DNA of 63,990 bases, the filler included, from Kipferlia bialata (Eukaryota), in the NCBI GenBank assembly GCA_003568945.1. It is 5 parts of 5 records of this genome, joined end to end, with 100 filler letters (N's around TTAATTAATTAA, not from the genome) between each part and the next. Parts side by side here need not be neighbours in the genome. Positions count along the whole stretch, not along the records: positions 1 to 15,097 come from BDIP01000745.1; positions 15,198 to 30,265 come from BDIP01000746.1; 3 more parts are not named here. One strand, 5' to 3'. The stretch's first letter is position 1. Each line of letters begins with the position of its first letter. A program made the translations under genes and the position numbers. A model generated the notes under the pieces. It made no database searches. It saw nothing but the letters and a program-made list of their open reading frames with translations, and had not been told where the DNA came from. Positions 14,770-26,400 of the stretch are shown one piece after another.

Positions 14770-14859
14770 ATGACCACCTCTGATTCTCTTCCATCATCTC
14801 CATCAGCTTCCATCAGCTATCTGTGGCCACACACTGCAGATTCTCGAAGAAGACCACAG
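14770..14859 (+). CDS. Possible first exon of a gene truncated by the contig end
   Basis: ATG...MTTSDSLPSSPSASISYLWPHTADSRRRPQ followed by CAG|GTATAT donor. The contig ends in poly-C shortly after. Confidence 0.3.
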
Positions 14860-15053
14860 GTATATATGTGTATATCCGCTTTCGAGTGCAATACTCCTTC
14901 ATATACATGCGTATTTGGGTGTGTGTGGCTCTCTATGGTTTGTGTGGTATTTGAATGATAACGGTATTGGAACTCTGCTATGTCGATACTGGACTGATTC
15001 TGAATCAATCACGTCTCATCTTACTCCAGGTGTGAATATCTAACTCTTGGCTA

Positions 15054-15089
<36 letters not shown>

Positions 15090-15097
15090 ACCCCCCA

Positions 15098-15197
15098 NNN
15101 NNNNNNNNNNNNNNNNNNNNNNNNNNNNNNNNNNNNNNNNNTTAATTAATTAANNNNNNNNNNNNNNNNNNNNNNNNNNNNNNNNNNNNNNNNNNNN
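15098..15197. other. Artificial contig linker
   Basis: 100 nt of N-run, TTAATTAATTAA (stops in all six frames), N-run. Confidence 0.97.
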
Positions 15198-15252
15198 TGC
15201 GACGTCGCGCGACAATGTCGGCCGACGTGCGACATGTCGCATGCCAACCCTA
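15198..15252 (-). mobile_element. Possible terminus of a hAT-like DNA transposon or MITE
   Basis: Reverse strand begins TAGGGTTGGCATG, then CpG-rich palindromic CGACA/TGTCG repeats unlike the surrounding DNA. It runs into the contig end, so no partner TIR or TSD is visible. Confidence 0.35.
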
Positions 15253-15456
15253 CCTGGAGTGAGGAGACCAGAAGAGACAGCTCCACATAACCAAGGAGTT
15301 AGGATCACACCATATGCTAGAACACACCTAGCTGATGACACAATCTGTCCCACCGTGTTCTGGACAAGAGCCTCGTCTGGTGTGTGCTCTGACAGTACTT
15401 CTGTCAGTCTGGCCGCATAGGCGGCGTCTCTCTGCCTCATCCCCTGCACTATACCG

Positions 15457-17358
15457 TCAAGAGATGTATGGGACAGCAGCTGCAGCACCCATCTCTCTCT
15501 GTCAACAGCATGTGTAGGGTCGAGCTTCGCACTCTCTAGCAGGCAGAGTAGGGCCTTGCACTCGGAGGGCAGTGTACCTACGTCAACACCGTCATCGTGG
15601 AGAGAGACGTAGTCTTCCAGAGTGCGGAGGCAACGGCTCCGGACAGATAGGGGTTGCTGACCCGCACCGTTGTCGGTCTCGAGAGTCTTGGTCTGGACCC
15701 CTGTCTCTGAGGGTGTGTTGAGGGCTGCCTCCTATGGTGAGGAAGTACGAAGATGGAATGTACATGCTAATAGAATTATGGCAGTTACTACCGTCCTGTG
15801 GCAGCAAGGAATTCAACAGTTACCTGATGGATGTTGATGCAACTGCTGCTCCACATCAGGTCCTTGAAGCAGCGTGTGGCGGTCCAGGCATTGATCTCCT
15901 CCCTATCATACACACCCTTTGTACGCACACTGAGCTGGGGTTAGGACATGGCTACATCTATTGACAGTGTTGGAGTACGAATGAGGACCAAGTGTGTCAA
16001 CTAAGGTTGCATTAGTGATGATGGGGTACGCATATAGACATGAGTAGAGCCCGTACCCTATCATCCAGCTCTACAGTCAGCAGAGGCACATGTACCCCTG
16101 TTGCTAGGTATCCCTCCTCAACTGTGTCAGTAATGCAGTGTCTCACACGTATATATGCATAGTGACCAACAAGACTGCCACGTACCTGGGTATTGGAAGC
16201 CGTTGGATGCTGTGAGATAGAACACACCGGCCACACTCATATCCAACTCCGACACCCTGTTCTCGGACTCCCAGGTGATGTCAACGCTCTCCCCCCACTT
16301 GTGCACGAGGGTATACTTGTACTCTAGGTTCTGTCTCTCCACCCCACTGCATCTGACCCAACCACTGTACAGATGACATGCAGCGTTGGCTAGGGTCAAG
16401 CCCCCGTTGGTATTCCAGTCGCCAAGCTCCGGGCAGTTACCAACCACCCTGACCTCGTGGTTGGCACGGACACAGGGGACAGAGACACAGAACCTCACCA
16501 ACACATCTCCAGGGCTGGTGGGGAGGGGCAGAGGTACAGCCAGAGTCCTAGGTCTCCGGATCTCGATGCCACTCCTGAGTATCTCGCAATCAACCACTGC
16601 CTTTTCTACACAAGGGACTGCCTGCCACTCGTCTTGGACAAGAACACTAGGGTAGCCAGAGGGCACGTTGACGACCTTCTTGGCACCAGCCTCCCCCTCC
16701 ACTCCCCCTTCCAGTCTCTTGACAAAGTATGAGTAGGAGACGTCTCGGTCCGTGGGTAGGTCTACAGTTGCACTCCATTGGTCTACAGTAACAGTAGACT
16801 CCTCATTGTACTGCATCTGGATGGGAGACCCGTCAAGGCCGAGAGAGGGGACATCACCAACCATGTACACAGCCTCTCCAAACTTGCACTTAAAGATGAC
16901 TCTAAAGGTGACAGAGGAGGTCCCCACACAAGCGTCTGACAGGTTAGTGGATGGATAATCCAGAATGAAGGGAAATTTGCACTAGATGGTGTCCTGAGGA
17001 GTTAGTCTGCCAATTATATATCTAACGTATGGTAATTATCTAATAACGGAGTACCGCTGTAAGCCATATAGGGTCAAACAGAGGTCATGCATGAATACCC
17101 GATCATAAGGATGGGGGTATACAGTGGACTGTCAAAGGCTAGTATGCAAACTAGTACTAAAACCCACTCACCTACATCTCTCTCAATGCACAGAGAGTCC
17201 GCACAGTGTGGACCAGGGCCCTTTCTGTCACTCCATGGGTTGGTATCGGGACCGTGTAGACCCCCCTTGTCATCTGTGACAGGACCACCCGTGGGTCCAG
17301 GGCGTGTCCCTGGAGGGCGTGAATCTCCCAGGTGAGAGACAGACTCGTCAATAGGCAT
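15457..17358 (-). CDS. Tandem CBM20 (starch/glycogen-binding) protein, DPE2-like but without a recognisable GH77 catalytic core
   Basis: ORF 16127-16927 has two CBM20 repeats (VTFRV...GEAVYMVGDVPSLG...W...YSY; VRFCVSVP...VRVVGNCPELGDWN...LEYKY...WES). Three short in-frame exons follow, ending at TGA 15457-15459. 5' exons are tentative. Confidence 0.7.
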
Positions 17359-17631
17359 CTATGCGGCTATTACCAAGTTGGTTGTTGGAGGGAGACAATG
17401 AAAGAGCGTCAGTAGAGTGGTAGAGTTCAACCCTTACACTAGGCTAAGTGTTTGCGTGTGGTCAACAGTAACTGTTGAGTAGTGTGTCCCTTTGGGACTC
17501 AATTTGATAATGGTGGAGTGATAATGAGGAAAAAGCATCCTGCCTTACAACAACACTATTAGAATAGTGGACATATGGTATATTGATGGAATATGATACA
17601 AGGGATAAGGGTCACAGAGTGGGGTCTCCAC

Positions 17632-20600
17632 TCAGAGACTGCCCAGGTCAAACACGCCGACCCTCCCTGTGTACCCCTCTGCCCCAGGCATACCGGCTAG
17701 CAGGGTGGCACCTGCACAGTTAGGGTTTTAACAACATTTGCAGAGATGATGTTAACACATACATATGACATATAGTACTATCGACGGATAATGTTGGAAT
17801 AATTCTTAGTGTACCTGCAACGCCCAGAGCAGTGCCTAGCTCATCGTTACAGGAGTAAGGGTCTGTGACAAGGCCGTACTCGGTATCAGCCAGAGCGTAC
17901 GCGGTTGCACCCTTCCTTCTGGTGTATATGTACATCATGTTGTCCATGGGTGCACCTACAGCAAGAGTGTCGCCATCATCTGAAGTCAATTACTGTCCTT
18001 TAGTATTCAGATACATATTTCTTAGCCAAATGCCAAGTAATTGAATGTACTGTACCCACCTGTGAGTGCCACAGCTGCACCAAAGGTAGCAAATGCTGTG
18101 TTATCTCCATTGAGAGTGGACACAACAGAGTACTCCCTGATTTGTCAGTACATGTACACTATATGTGGTTGTCCCTTTGATATGTTCTGAGATTCATCCA
18201 GTGAAGTGTGTGTTCGTACCCTGTCTCCATGTCCCTGTCCATCACCTGTACCTGGCCTGCATAGTGCGAGTAGGGCGTCTCTAGAGTAAGTTCAATGTAG
18301 TAGGGAGTGACTATGGCAAGCCAATGCTCCTTTGTAACCTCTCACCTGATGTGTAGTCCTGGCACCCCACAACCACCACACTCCCATCATCACTGAAGGA
18401 TAGGGTGGTCTCCTCATAGCAGTCAACTGGGGTTAGTGTATTAGTTAGTAACTAGTTACTGTGCGAAGGTTAGCAGAAGCCATCATATCTGGTAAAGTGG
18501 AAGGAGATATATCATATATGGTTCAATAGCGGGAGGGTCTCCTCATAGGAGTCAACTGGGGTGGTTAGGTGAATGTTAGCCTACCCATCGTATATGGTAC
18601 AAAACAGGGAGATATGTGTTATAGAAGAGGGAGATTGGGTTTCCTCATAGCAATCAATGGGATGAAATTGAACAGAATAACAATAGCTATTCTGTCACTG
18701 ATACTGACCATTAGTCTAATTTAGTACTTTGGTAACCACAAATTTACACAGAAGTATACATACCAGGCAGGGTGGAGCTGAGTACCCATTCTCCACCTGG
18801 GGTGTCAGCCTCCCGCTCGAAGATGTACACCTGACCCCTGGTGATTAGACATGGGGTAGACACACAGAGGCAGAGTCTCTCAAGAAAATCTCATCCAGTC
18901 ATCGGTGCATGAAATAGACCCTGAATGAATCAATGCACCGTACGCTATGTAGGACCCCATCGCTATCTTGGTGCCATCTGCTGACACTGCCACAGCATTG
19001 CCATTGCCTACAGGGTAAGAGAGTATGCAGCGTCAGTGCATATCTGGTAAGAGGCAGTAGCAGTGCTGGTATATACATATATATATATACCTATGCTATC
19101 GTTGGAGTATGGCCCTCCCCTAATATCCTGCTCCCATGTGTATGACCCATCCACCAGTCTGTACACACTGGCCATGCCTGACCCATCATCTGCATCGGGG
19201 TACCCTGTCACTAGAAGGCCACCTGGTATAAGGATATGTCAACACAAGTACACTAACTACATGCTTTCATACAATACACTTCAATAATCTGCACCGGGGT
19301 ACCCAACCACAAGGATGCCGCCTGGGATAAAGATGTGGTGAATACACATATTACACTGTATAACGCTATGCCTCCCATGGCAGGTGACTGTCCGTACAGG
19401 ACATGTATAACCACCTTGCAAATTCTATCAATTTGTGTCCAACTATACTCACAATCCCTATATGTATATGTACACAATAATGAATATATATACCTCCCAT
19501 AGCAGGTGACTGTCCGTACAGCACTTGTGGTCCAGGGCTGGGTATGGTGTCAGACAACACCCACACACCATTAGAGTTGAAGTGGAAGAGATGCACTATC
19601 ACCTGCGTCAGAAGAGCAGGAATATCTCACTTATCATCAACGTACTAATTCAATGTAAACAGATACCAACGCATTCTATATTCAGCACACCACTGTGTGT
19701 GTTGTCACTTGTGAGTAGACAGTAGACACATTGTATAATACTATATTATCATCTATATACCTGAGTGTAATCAGTGGTGCATAGTATTTGAGATATATAT
19801 TTACAAATACAAGATATAGAATAATACTGATCATAGATGTGTGTATCCATACCTGCGTGTAATCAGTGGTGAATGTCGATGTCACTGCCGTCCAGTCTCC
19901 GTCTGGGAGTGAGTAGAATCACCAGTCAGAATGTTATGTCAGGAATATATACACACACACACATATATATATATATATGTATATGTATGTATATAAGCAT
20001 ACATATATTAATATATTCGATGGTACTGCCGTCCAGTCTCCATCTGGGGGTAAGGCAGCAACTGGTACACTTACAAAGTACAACACCTGTATATACATAT
20101 ATATATTCATATATCACCTATGGGCGTAAGGGTCTGAAACTCACCTCACCATACACATCGTTTTGTCTATATCGACCATACTTATAGTGAAGCATAGAGT
20201 CTACTCCAACCATCTGAGAATGCTATGTAGGGCACACAAACATATGTAGGTATATATATGTATATATTAATATACATTATTTTTCATATATATATATCAA
20301 TAAACAAGTACCTATGGCGACTGTGAGTCCGAATGCTATGTCATCCACATCAGGCACCGGGAGAGAGGAGTGGTATACCCAGTCATTTGCATCACGGTGG
20401 TACATGAGGACAGCGCCTGAGAGGGTAAGGCGAAGAGCCCCTAAGACATCATTTATCATCAGTTGGAAGAGATGTTATTAATAGAGGTAACTTTACAATC
20501 TATATAGAGATATGATCACTTTGTATTCACACCTGTATCCTCCCCCTCCGCTGTGAGTGCTGCACATGTCTATCATAACATACTATATACCATATACTAT

Positions 20601-20779
20601 ATCTATACTTGTGTCCTCCCCCTCTGCTGTGACTGCTGTCCATATATTACAGGATGTAATCTATATATATACATGCATATATACATCTGTATATACCATG
20701 TGTATACCTGTGTCCTCCCCCTCTGCTGTGACTGCTGCCCATGTGTCACTGACTGAGAGGGCATGACCAAAGAAGGAGA
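17632..20779 (-). CDS. FG-GAP/integrin-alpha-like beta-propeller repeat protein (5' end missing)
   Basis: Exons encode repeated FG..vAl.gd.lvVGAP...G.VYvy units: FFGHALSVSDTWAAVTAE, FGLTVAI, VTGYPDADDGSGMASVYRL, TLSFSDDGSVVVVG, FGAAVALTDDGDTLAVGAP, LGTALGVAGATLLAGMPGAEGYTGRVGVFDLGSL*. Confidence 0.7.
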
Positions 20780-21038
20780 CTGGAGGTAAGGGAAGAGAGA
20801 GAGAGAGAGAGAGATAGGAAGAAGCTAAGCCTTGTGACAGATAGAGCACTCCGAATGATATGTGCCTGAAGAAGGACAATGGAATCAGGATAGGAAGCGA
20901 GAGGATGAGAGAGGGGTGGAGAGAGAGATAGGGGAGAGACAAGGAGAAGGGGGGGGGGGGGGGGGGAAAAAAAAGTGGGGGTGGGGGGGGCCCCCCCCCC
21001 CCCCCCCCCCCCCTCCACTCACCTTCCCTCACCCTCAG

Positions 21039-23082
21039 TCTCTCTGGCTACTGTGTCTTCAATGCTCCACTCAACAGCACGGTCACCCTCTCCCTCTCCC
21101 ACCCCACTGGTGCATCCCTATCCATGCAAGTGGACGTGGCTGGTGTTTCTACCTTCATAGGCCTTGTTCTCAGCCCCGTGACCCCTGATGGGGACATCAG
21201 GGTGACCCACTCTGAGACACACTCTTTCTCAGGGGTCCTCGCCCCCTCCCAGTCTCTGCTGTCCATTCTCTTAGGGTATCAGGACACCGATCACCCCAAT
21301 GCAGCACAGAGACTGTGTCCAGTCACTCTCCCCCCCCGCACTCGTGCCTCCTTCCCCGCTGGCACCAAGTACACCCTGGTGATGGAGAGCGACACCTCCC
21401 TCCCCGTCTGTGTGTCCCTGGACCTCGACCCCTCGGACGATGTGCCCCTGGTGCACACCTGCCCCAGTCCCAAGGAGCTGGTGCCTGTGGCCGTGTCCCC
21501 CCCCTTCACACACGCCCAGGCTGTGTCCCCTCTCCCCTTTGCCTCCTTCCCCCACCTCTTCCTGATCCCCTCGGCCTCAGACACCCAGGGGGGGGACGAC
21601 ATCACCATGTCCCTGTGGGCACACCCCAATCAGGCCGAGGGTGAGTGTCCCCCCCAGCTAGTGGGTGTGGGGTCTCTGTCCCTTGCCTCTGAGCATCATC
21701 ATGACGGGGAGTCGGAGTGCCGGCTGGTGGTGCCCACATCAGGGAGGGTCAGTGCCACTGTGTGCTACACAGGCATAGTCACCAGCCAGCCAGAGGACTT
21801 CACCCCCCTCCTCACCCCCCACCACAACTCGCGCCTCTCCGCCTCCTTCACCTCCTTCATGAGACTGGGCCACAGGGGGTGTGGGTCCAACAAGAGGCAC
21901 GGCCTGGGGCAGCACGTGGTGCCATTCTGCGAGAACACCGTGGAATCTAGCAGGGAGGCCCGGTCTGCTGGGATGGACGGCATTGAGTTTGATGTGGTGC
22001 TGGGTGCCGACGACGTGTGTGTCATCAACCACGACTTTGAGGTGGAGGTGCGGCAGGGCTCCTTCACATACAACCTGCCCATCCCCGTGCTGGACTCCCC
22101 CACCTTCCTGGCCCTGAGGTCTAGCAGGGCCATGCGGGACAGGCGGCTCAAGAAGGAGAAGGAGAGGGCACAGGAGGCGTCTCTTATCGAGGGCAGGGCG
22201 AGGGCCTCGTCGTGTCTCTCTCTGACTGACATGGGGAGGGATGCCGAGGCTGCTGTGAGACAGATGCAGGCCCAGGCGGCACAGGCCCAGGCACCCACGG
22301 AGGGATCATTCTCCAAGGAGGGGTCAGAGGGGGAGGACGAGTCCCACCGCTACAACGTGCTGTTCAGCCAGCGTGCCACTCTCAAGGACATGCTCACCAA
22401 GTGTGACAGGCAGTGCAGGTGCGGTAGCCTCTGGATACATCGCGTGGCATGTACTGTGATGTTAACTCTATACTTTCTGTGTACTATATATCCGGTCCCT
22501 CCTCACCTCAGGATGAATGTGGAGGTCAAGTACCCCACCGGCTTCTGGGCCAGGGGCAGCAAGAGGGTCCTGTACCCCAGGCGTGACAAGGTGGTGTCCA
22601 CCACCCTGGACACCGTGCTGCACTCCACCCTGCTCAAGCACAAGCACCTCAGGACAGTATTCTTCAGTGCATTTGACCCCGACCTGTGTCTCATCCTGAG
22701 GTATGCACCATGTCTCACTCATTGACATATATATATACATTGTATCTCACACCCCAGGGTGAGACAGACCAAGTACCCAGTCTTCCTGCTGCACTGCGGA
22801 GGCTCCTTCTTCAACGAGTGGCCCGATGTCCAGCCAGACCCCAGGTGTGCCTGTCCCTGGCTGGGACTGGCCTTTGCGGCACGTGCCAACCTGCCTGGCA
22901 TGGTTCTATCTGTCAAGACCCTGGCAGAGGTGGGGGATGAGTTTGTGCCCAAGGCTGCTGCCCTCGGCATCAGGATCCTCACATACGGCTCTCTCTCCGA
23001 CGATATCGAGCACATTGCGGCCCAGCACGGCCATGGGGTGGCGGGTGTCATTGTGGACCTGGCACTCAGGACAGCCCAGTAG
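21039..23082 (+). CDS. Glycerophosphodiester phosphodiesterase, GDE5/GPCPD1 (Gde1)-like (5' end missing)
   Basis: GDPD motifs HRGCG, ENT..S, GMDGIEFDV, INHD, NVEVKYP, FFSAFDPDLC..LR..QTKYPV and GVAGVIVD. Introns at about 22419-22511 and 22702-22777. Confidence 0.85.
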
Positions 23083-23448
23083 GCACGGTGTGTCATGACG
23101 TCATGAGGCACTTGATGATATTTGTATTGTTCTTTTGGCACAACAGACACAACAGACACAACTTCTCTTGTACAGTCGACTGTGTCGGCTACTATTCTTC
23201 TATTAAATGTGATCCCGTTAGAGTGTGGTGAGGCCTAGATTCTGTGGGTATCGTGTAGGCCATCGAGAGGGCGGAGATCGACTAGACGTTGCTGCAACGT
23301 ATGGTTGATAGTTGCAATGTTTTTGTGTGACAATTACAAAAGGGTCTCTGGCGTCCACTAAGTGGACCACTTACTACTTACCAATCGCATAACTACAACA
23401 CGGCACATAGTAATACCCACTAGCCGTTGTGGGTATCAGTTGTCCTAG

Positions 23449-26400
23449 ATGACAGAGGATGCCCAGATGGTAGCCACTACCCTCAGAGGTGGGTGTGCAT
23501 GCAGATATTGTTGTGGGTCGGTATCGGTATCGGTATCGTATATACTTGTACCAGTCTTACTTTATTTCTCTGGATGCCAATTCTCACCCCAGGGCTGTAT
23601 GGCAAGCTGGGTCAGTCCTTGAACAGGAAGGCTGCTGCAGAGAAGAGCCAGTGCGAGACGGTATGTGTATTCCTCTCAAGTCTCTGACCGGTACTGATGG
23701 GGCAGTGCTCCACCTAACATACGTGTGTAGGGATGGATGTTGCGTTTCATCTGTGCTGTTCTTACACACATTATCGTGCCAGATATATAGTGATTGTGCC
23801 ATCGTGTTCTCACTCCCAGGCACTGGACCTCCTCAAGCCCTCCCGGACCCCACCCGTCCTGCCCCCTCTCCTCCCGACCCTCCTTGAGGCACCCATATCG
23901 GTACTCAGTAACTGTGGAGGACAGCCCAAGCTGGCTGTTACCGCCTCTGCCTCTCTGCTTACCTGTCTGTCTGCCCTCCAGACCAGAGACCACTTCTTCC
24001 TCCCAGGCATGTCAATGCGTGTATATTCTACTCCTGCCTATACATCCCACACTCTAGCTTGGGTGTTACCCAGTCTCTGCCCCATTGTATCTATGTATTC
24101 ATCCCATCTGACCCCCCAGGTGATGTGGCCAGCATTGTGCACACTGCCTCGTACAAGAAGACCCCCATGTCCGTTGCCATCACCCTGGTGTCCCTCCTGC
24201 CCTCCATCTTCCAGCACAACAGAGACAGCGCCTCTCTGCTCTCTGGGCTCAAGACGGTGTGCAGCCTGAGGGACAAGGACAAGAAGAGGAGGGTGTATGC
24301 CACGCTGGAGGCTGTCTTTGCAGACACGTGCCAGGCAGTGCTGGTGACGGGGGCAGACCCCACCGACATCCACTCCATGCGATGCTGCGTGGCCCTCCTG
24401 GATGAGCTCCTAGTCCCCATCACCCCGTCCCACTCTGGCACCATCCACCGCATTCCCCGTACCGTGGCCCTGACCTCTCTCTTCAACGTGCTCGGGTCCC
24501 CCCTCTTCCTGCAGCGCCGGTCCGTGCCGCAGATTAAGGAGTGGGTCGGCACCCGGCTGGAGCCCGCCCTCACCAGACTGACCAGACAGCACCTCGGGGG
24601 CAAGGGTGTGGTGCTGGAGGGTGATGTTAAGGAGGCAGCTGGGGCCGAGTGCGACCACTACCTGCGCGCCCTGCCCATTGCCATCCGACTGGCTGTGCAG
24701 CCTGTGCAGGATGACACACCAGAGGCAGCACAGGCAGAGGGGGCCACATACATACCCATGCTGGTGCGGCATGTGCTGGGTCTAGTGGGTGCCAGGAGGA
24801 AGGACACAGTCAGGCTGGGCCTCCTGCTCCTGCGGTGCCTGATGCCGGACAGACCCACTGCCACCAGGGTGCTCAGGCTGGTGAGGCAGGAGGGCAAGAC
24901 AGAGGGTGGGTCTGGGTGCTACTCCCTCTTCTCCGGTGTTGCACAGGCCATCCTGCACCAGGGCATACAGCCCTCGGAGCAGGACACTGACACAGAGCTG
25001 CTTAGTCTGTTCCAGGGCCAGAACACCTCACTGGACCACATGCTAGGGGGGTTCCCAGTGTCACTCGGGCAGCACGAGTCCCCTGGGAGACTGGGTCTTG
25101 GGGTGCTGTGGCAGGGCCTGGACGCCCTCACTAGCTACACCCTTGTCGCTGACATAGCCCACTCCCCATCCGCCATGGACACCTTTGCCGGTCTGGCCGA
25201 GGACCTAGCTGTACCAGTCACCGTGGCGTGCCTGGGGTCTTCCTCTGCCACAGCCCACAAGACCAAGGGCCTCAGACACGTGCTGCTGGGTGCCGTTGGC
25301 CTCGTGATGCAGACCCTCTCTGCCTCCTGTCCCCCTACTGGGTGTGGACAGGGAGAGGAGGCCTCCACCCCCAGGGGCAAGTGCACTGCTAGGCTGTCAG
25401 CCGTGGCATCCTCTGTGGTGTCTCTGACATCTCGGTTTGTCCTGGCTCTGCTCAAGGACGGGACTGCCTCGGGGTACGGGGCTGTGGGCGTGGCTGCTCT
25501 GAGGCAGACGTCCCTCCCCACCCTCTCCCTCTCCCCCTTCTCCTCCCTCCCTGCCACCCACGCAGACTCAGAGGCAGAGACATACAGGGCGCTGCTGGCT
25601 GGCTCGACCTCCCTGCTCGTCTCCTTCTCTGCCTCCCCCCTCCTCACTGCCAACACCCAGCTCAGGCTGCTGTGCCAGTCTGCGGTGGCAGCTGCAGAGG
25701 TGTCCATTGTGGCCACTGTGTGTGGCACCGACCCCTCCCATCTCTCCCCCCAGCACTTTGTCTCTACCAGGGACAGGATAGGCAGTCAACACAGACTGGA
25801 TAGGGAGGGCGGGACAGAGACACCCCACACCAACGACAGCCTGACCAAGACTCTGTCCCTCATATCCAGTGTGTACAGCGACAAGGCTCTGGCCAAGGCC
25901 CTTCCAGCCATGGAGGCATATGCCCCTGGGGCAGTCGAAGCCCACGTCGCTGCCCTGTGTGAGATGGCACTGACCCAGTTCGGGACACCCACCTACCTGT
26001 CTCTCTCCCTCTCCCGTGTAGTGGCCTGTGCCTCCTCAGCTGATGTCCACTACTCAGCTGTGTTCAGAGGTGCCTCTGCCGTTCTGGGTGCCCTGATAGA
26101 CCCCACCCTCCACTCCAACTGTAGACACGCTCTGTTCCAGTTTGCCAGTGCCTACTGCAGTGCCCTGGTCCTCACCTGTAATGCAGTGTCTGTGCCGGAT
26201 AGACAGGAGGGGGACGTGTCCGACAGCGACATCCTCTCTGTGCTGCTGAGGCCTCTCGAGCCCCTGCCCACCGGCCCCCTCTCCCCTGACCTCTCCAAGG
26301 CCCTGCTAGCCGAGACCACCTCTGCCATCCACAGTGTCCTGGCAGCCACCCAGGCCCACCTCTCAGTAGGAGGTTGGGACACAGTCGGGTACCTGGCACG

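Noticed and set aside
15142..15153. TTAATTAATTAA palindrome recurring every ~15 kb
   Set aside because: It always sits inside 100-nt N spacers between size-sorted contigs. It is an artificial linker, so gene neighbourhoods across it are meaningless.
15150..15488. 112-aa minus-strand ORF running into the gap
   Set aside because: It overlaps the CBM20 gene stop and 3' UTR and the putative transposon end, starts at a non-ATG codon, and has no recognisable motif.
16127..23082. CBM20 gene as the missing N-terminus of the GDE5-like gene (GDE5 normally carries a CBM20)
   Set aside because: It is on the opposite strand, an unrelated gene lies between them, and it has its own C-terminal exons and stop codon.
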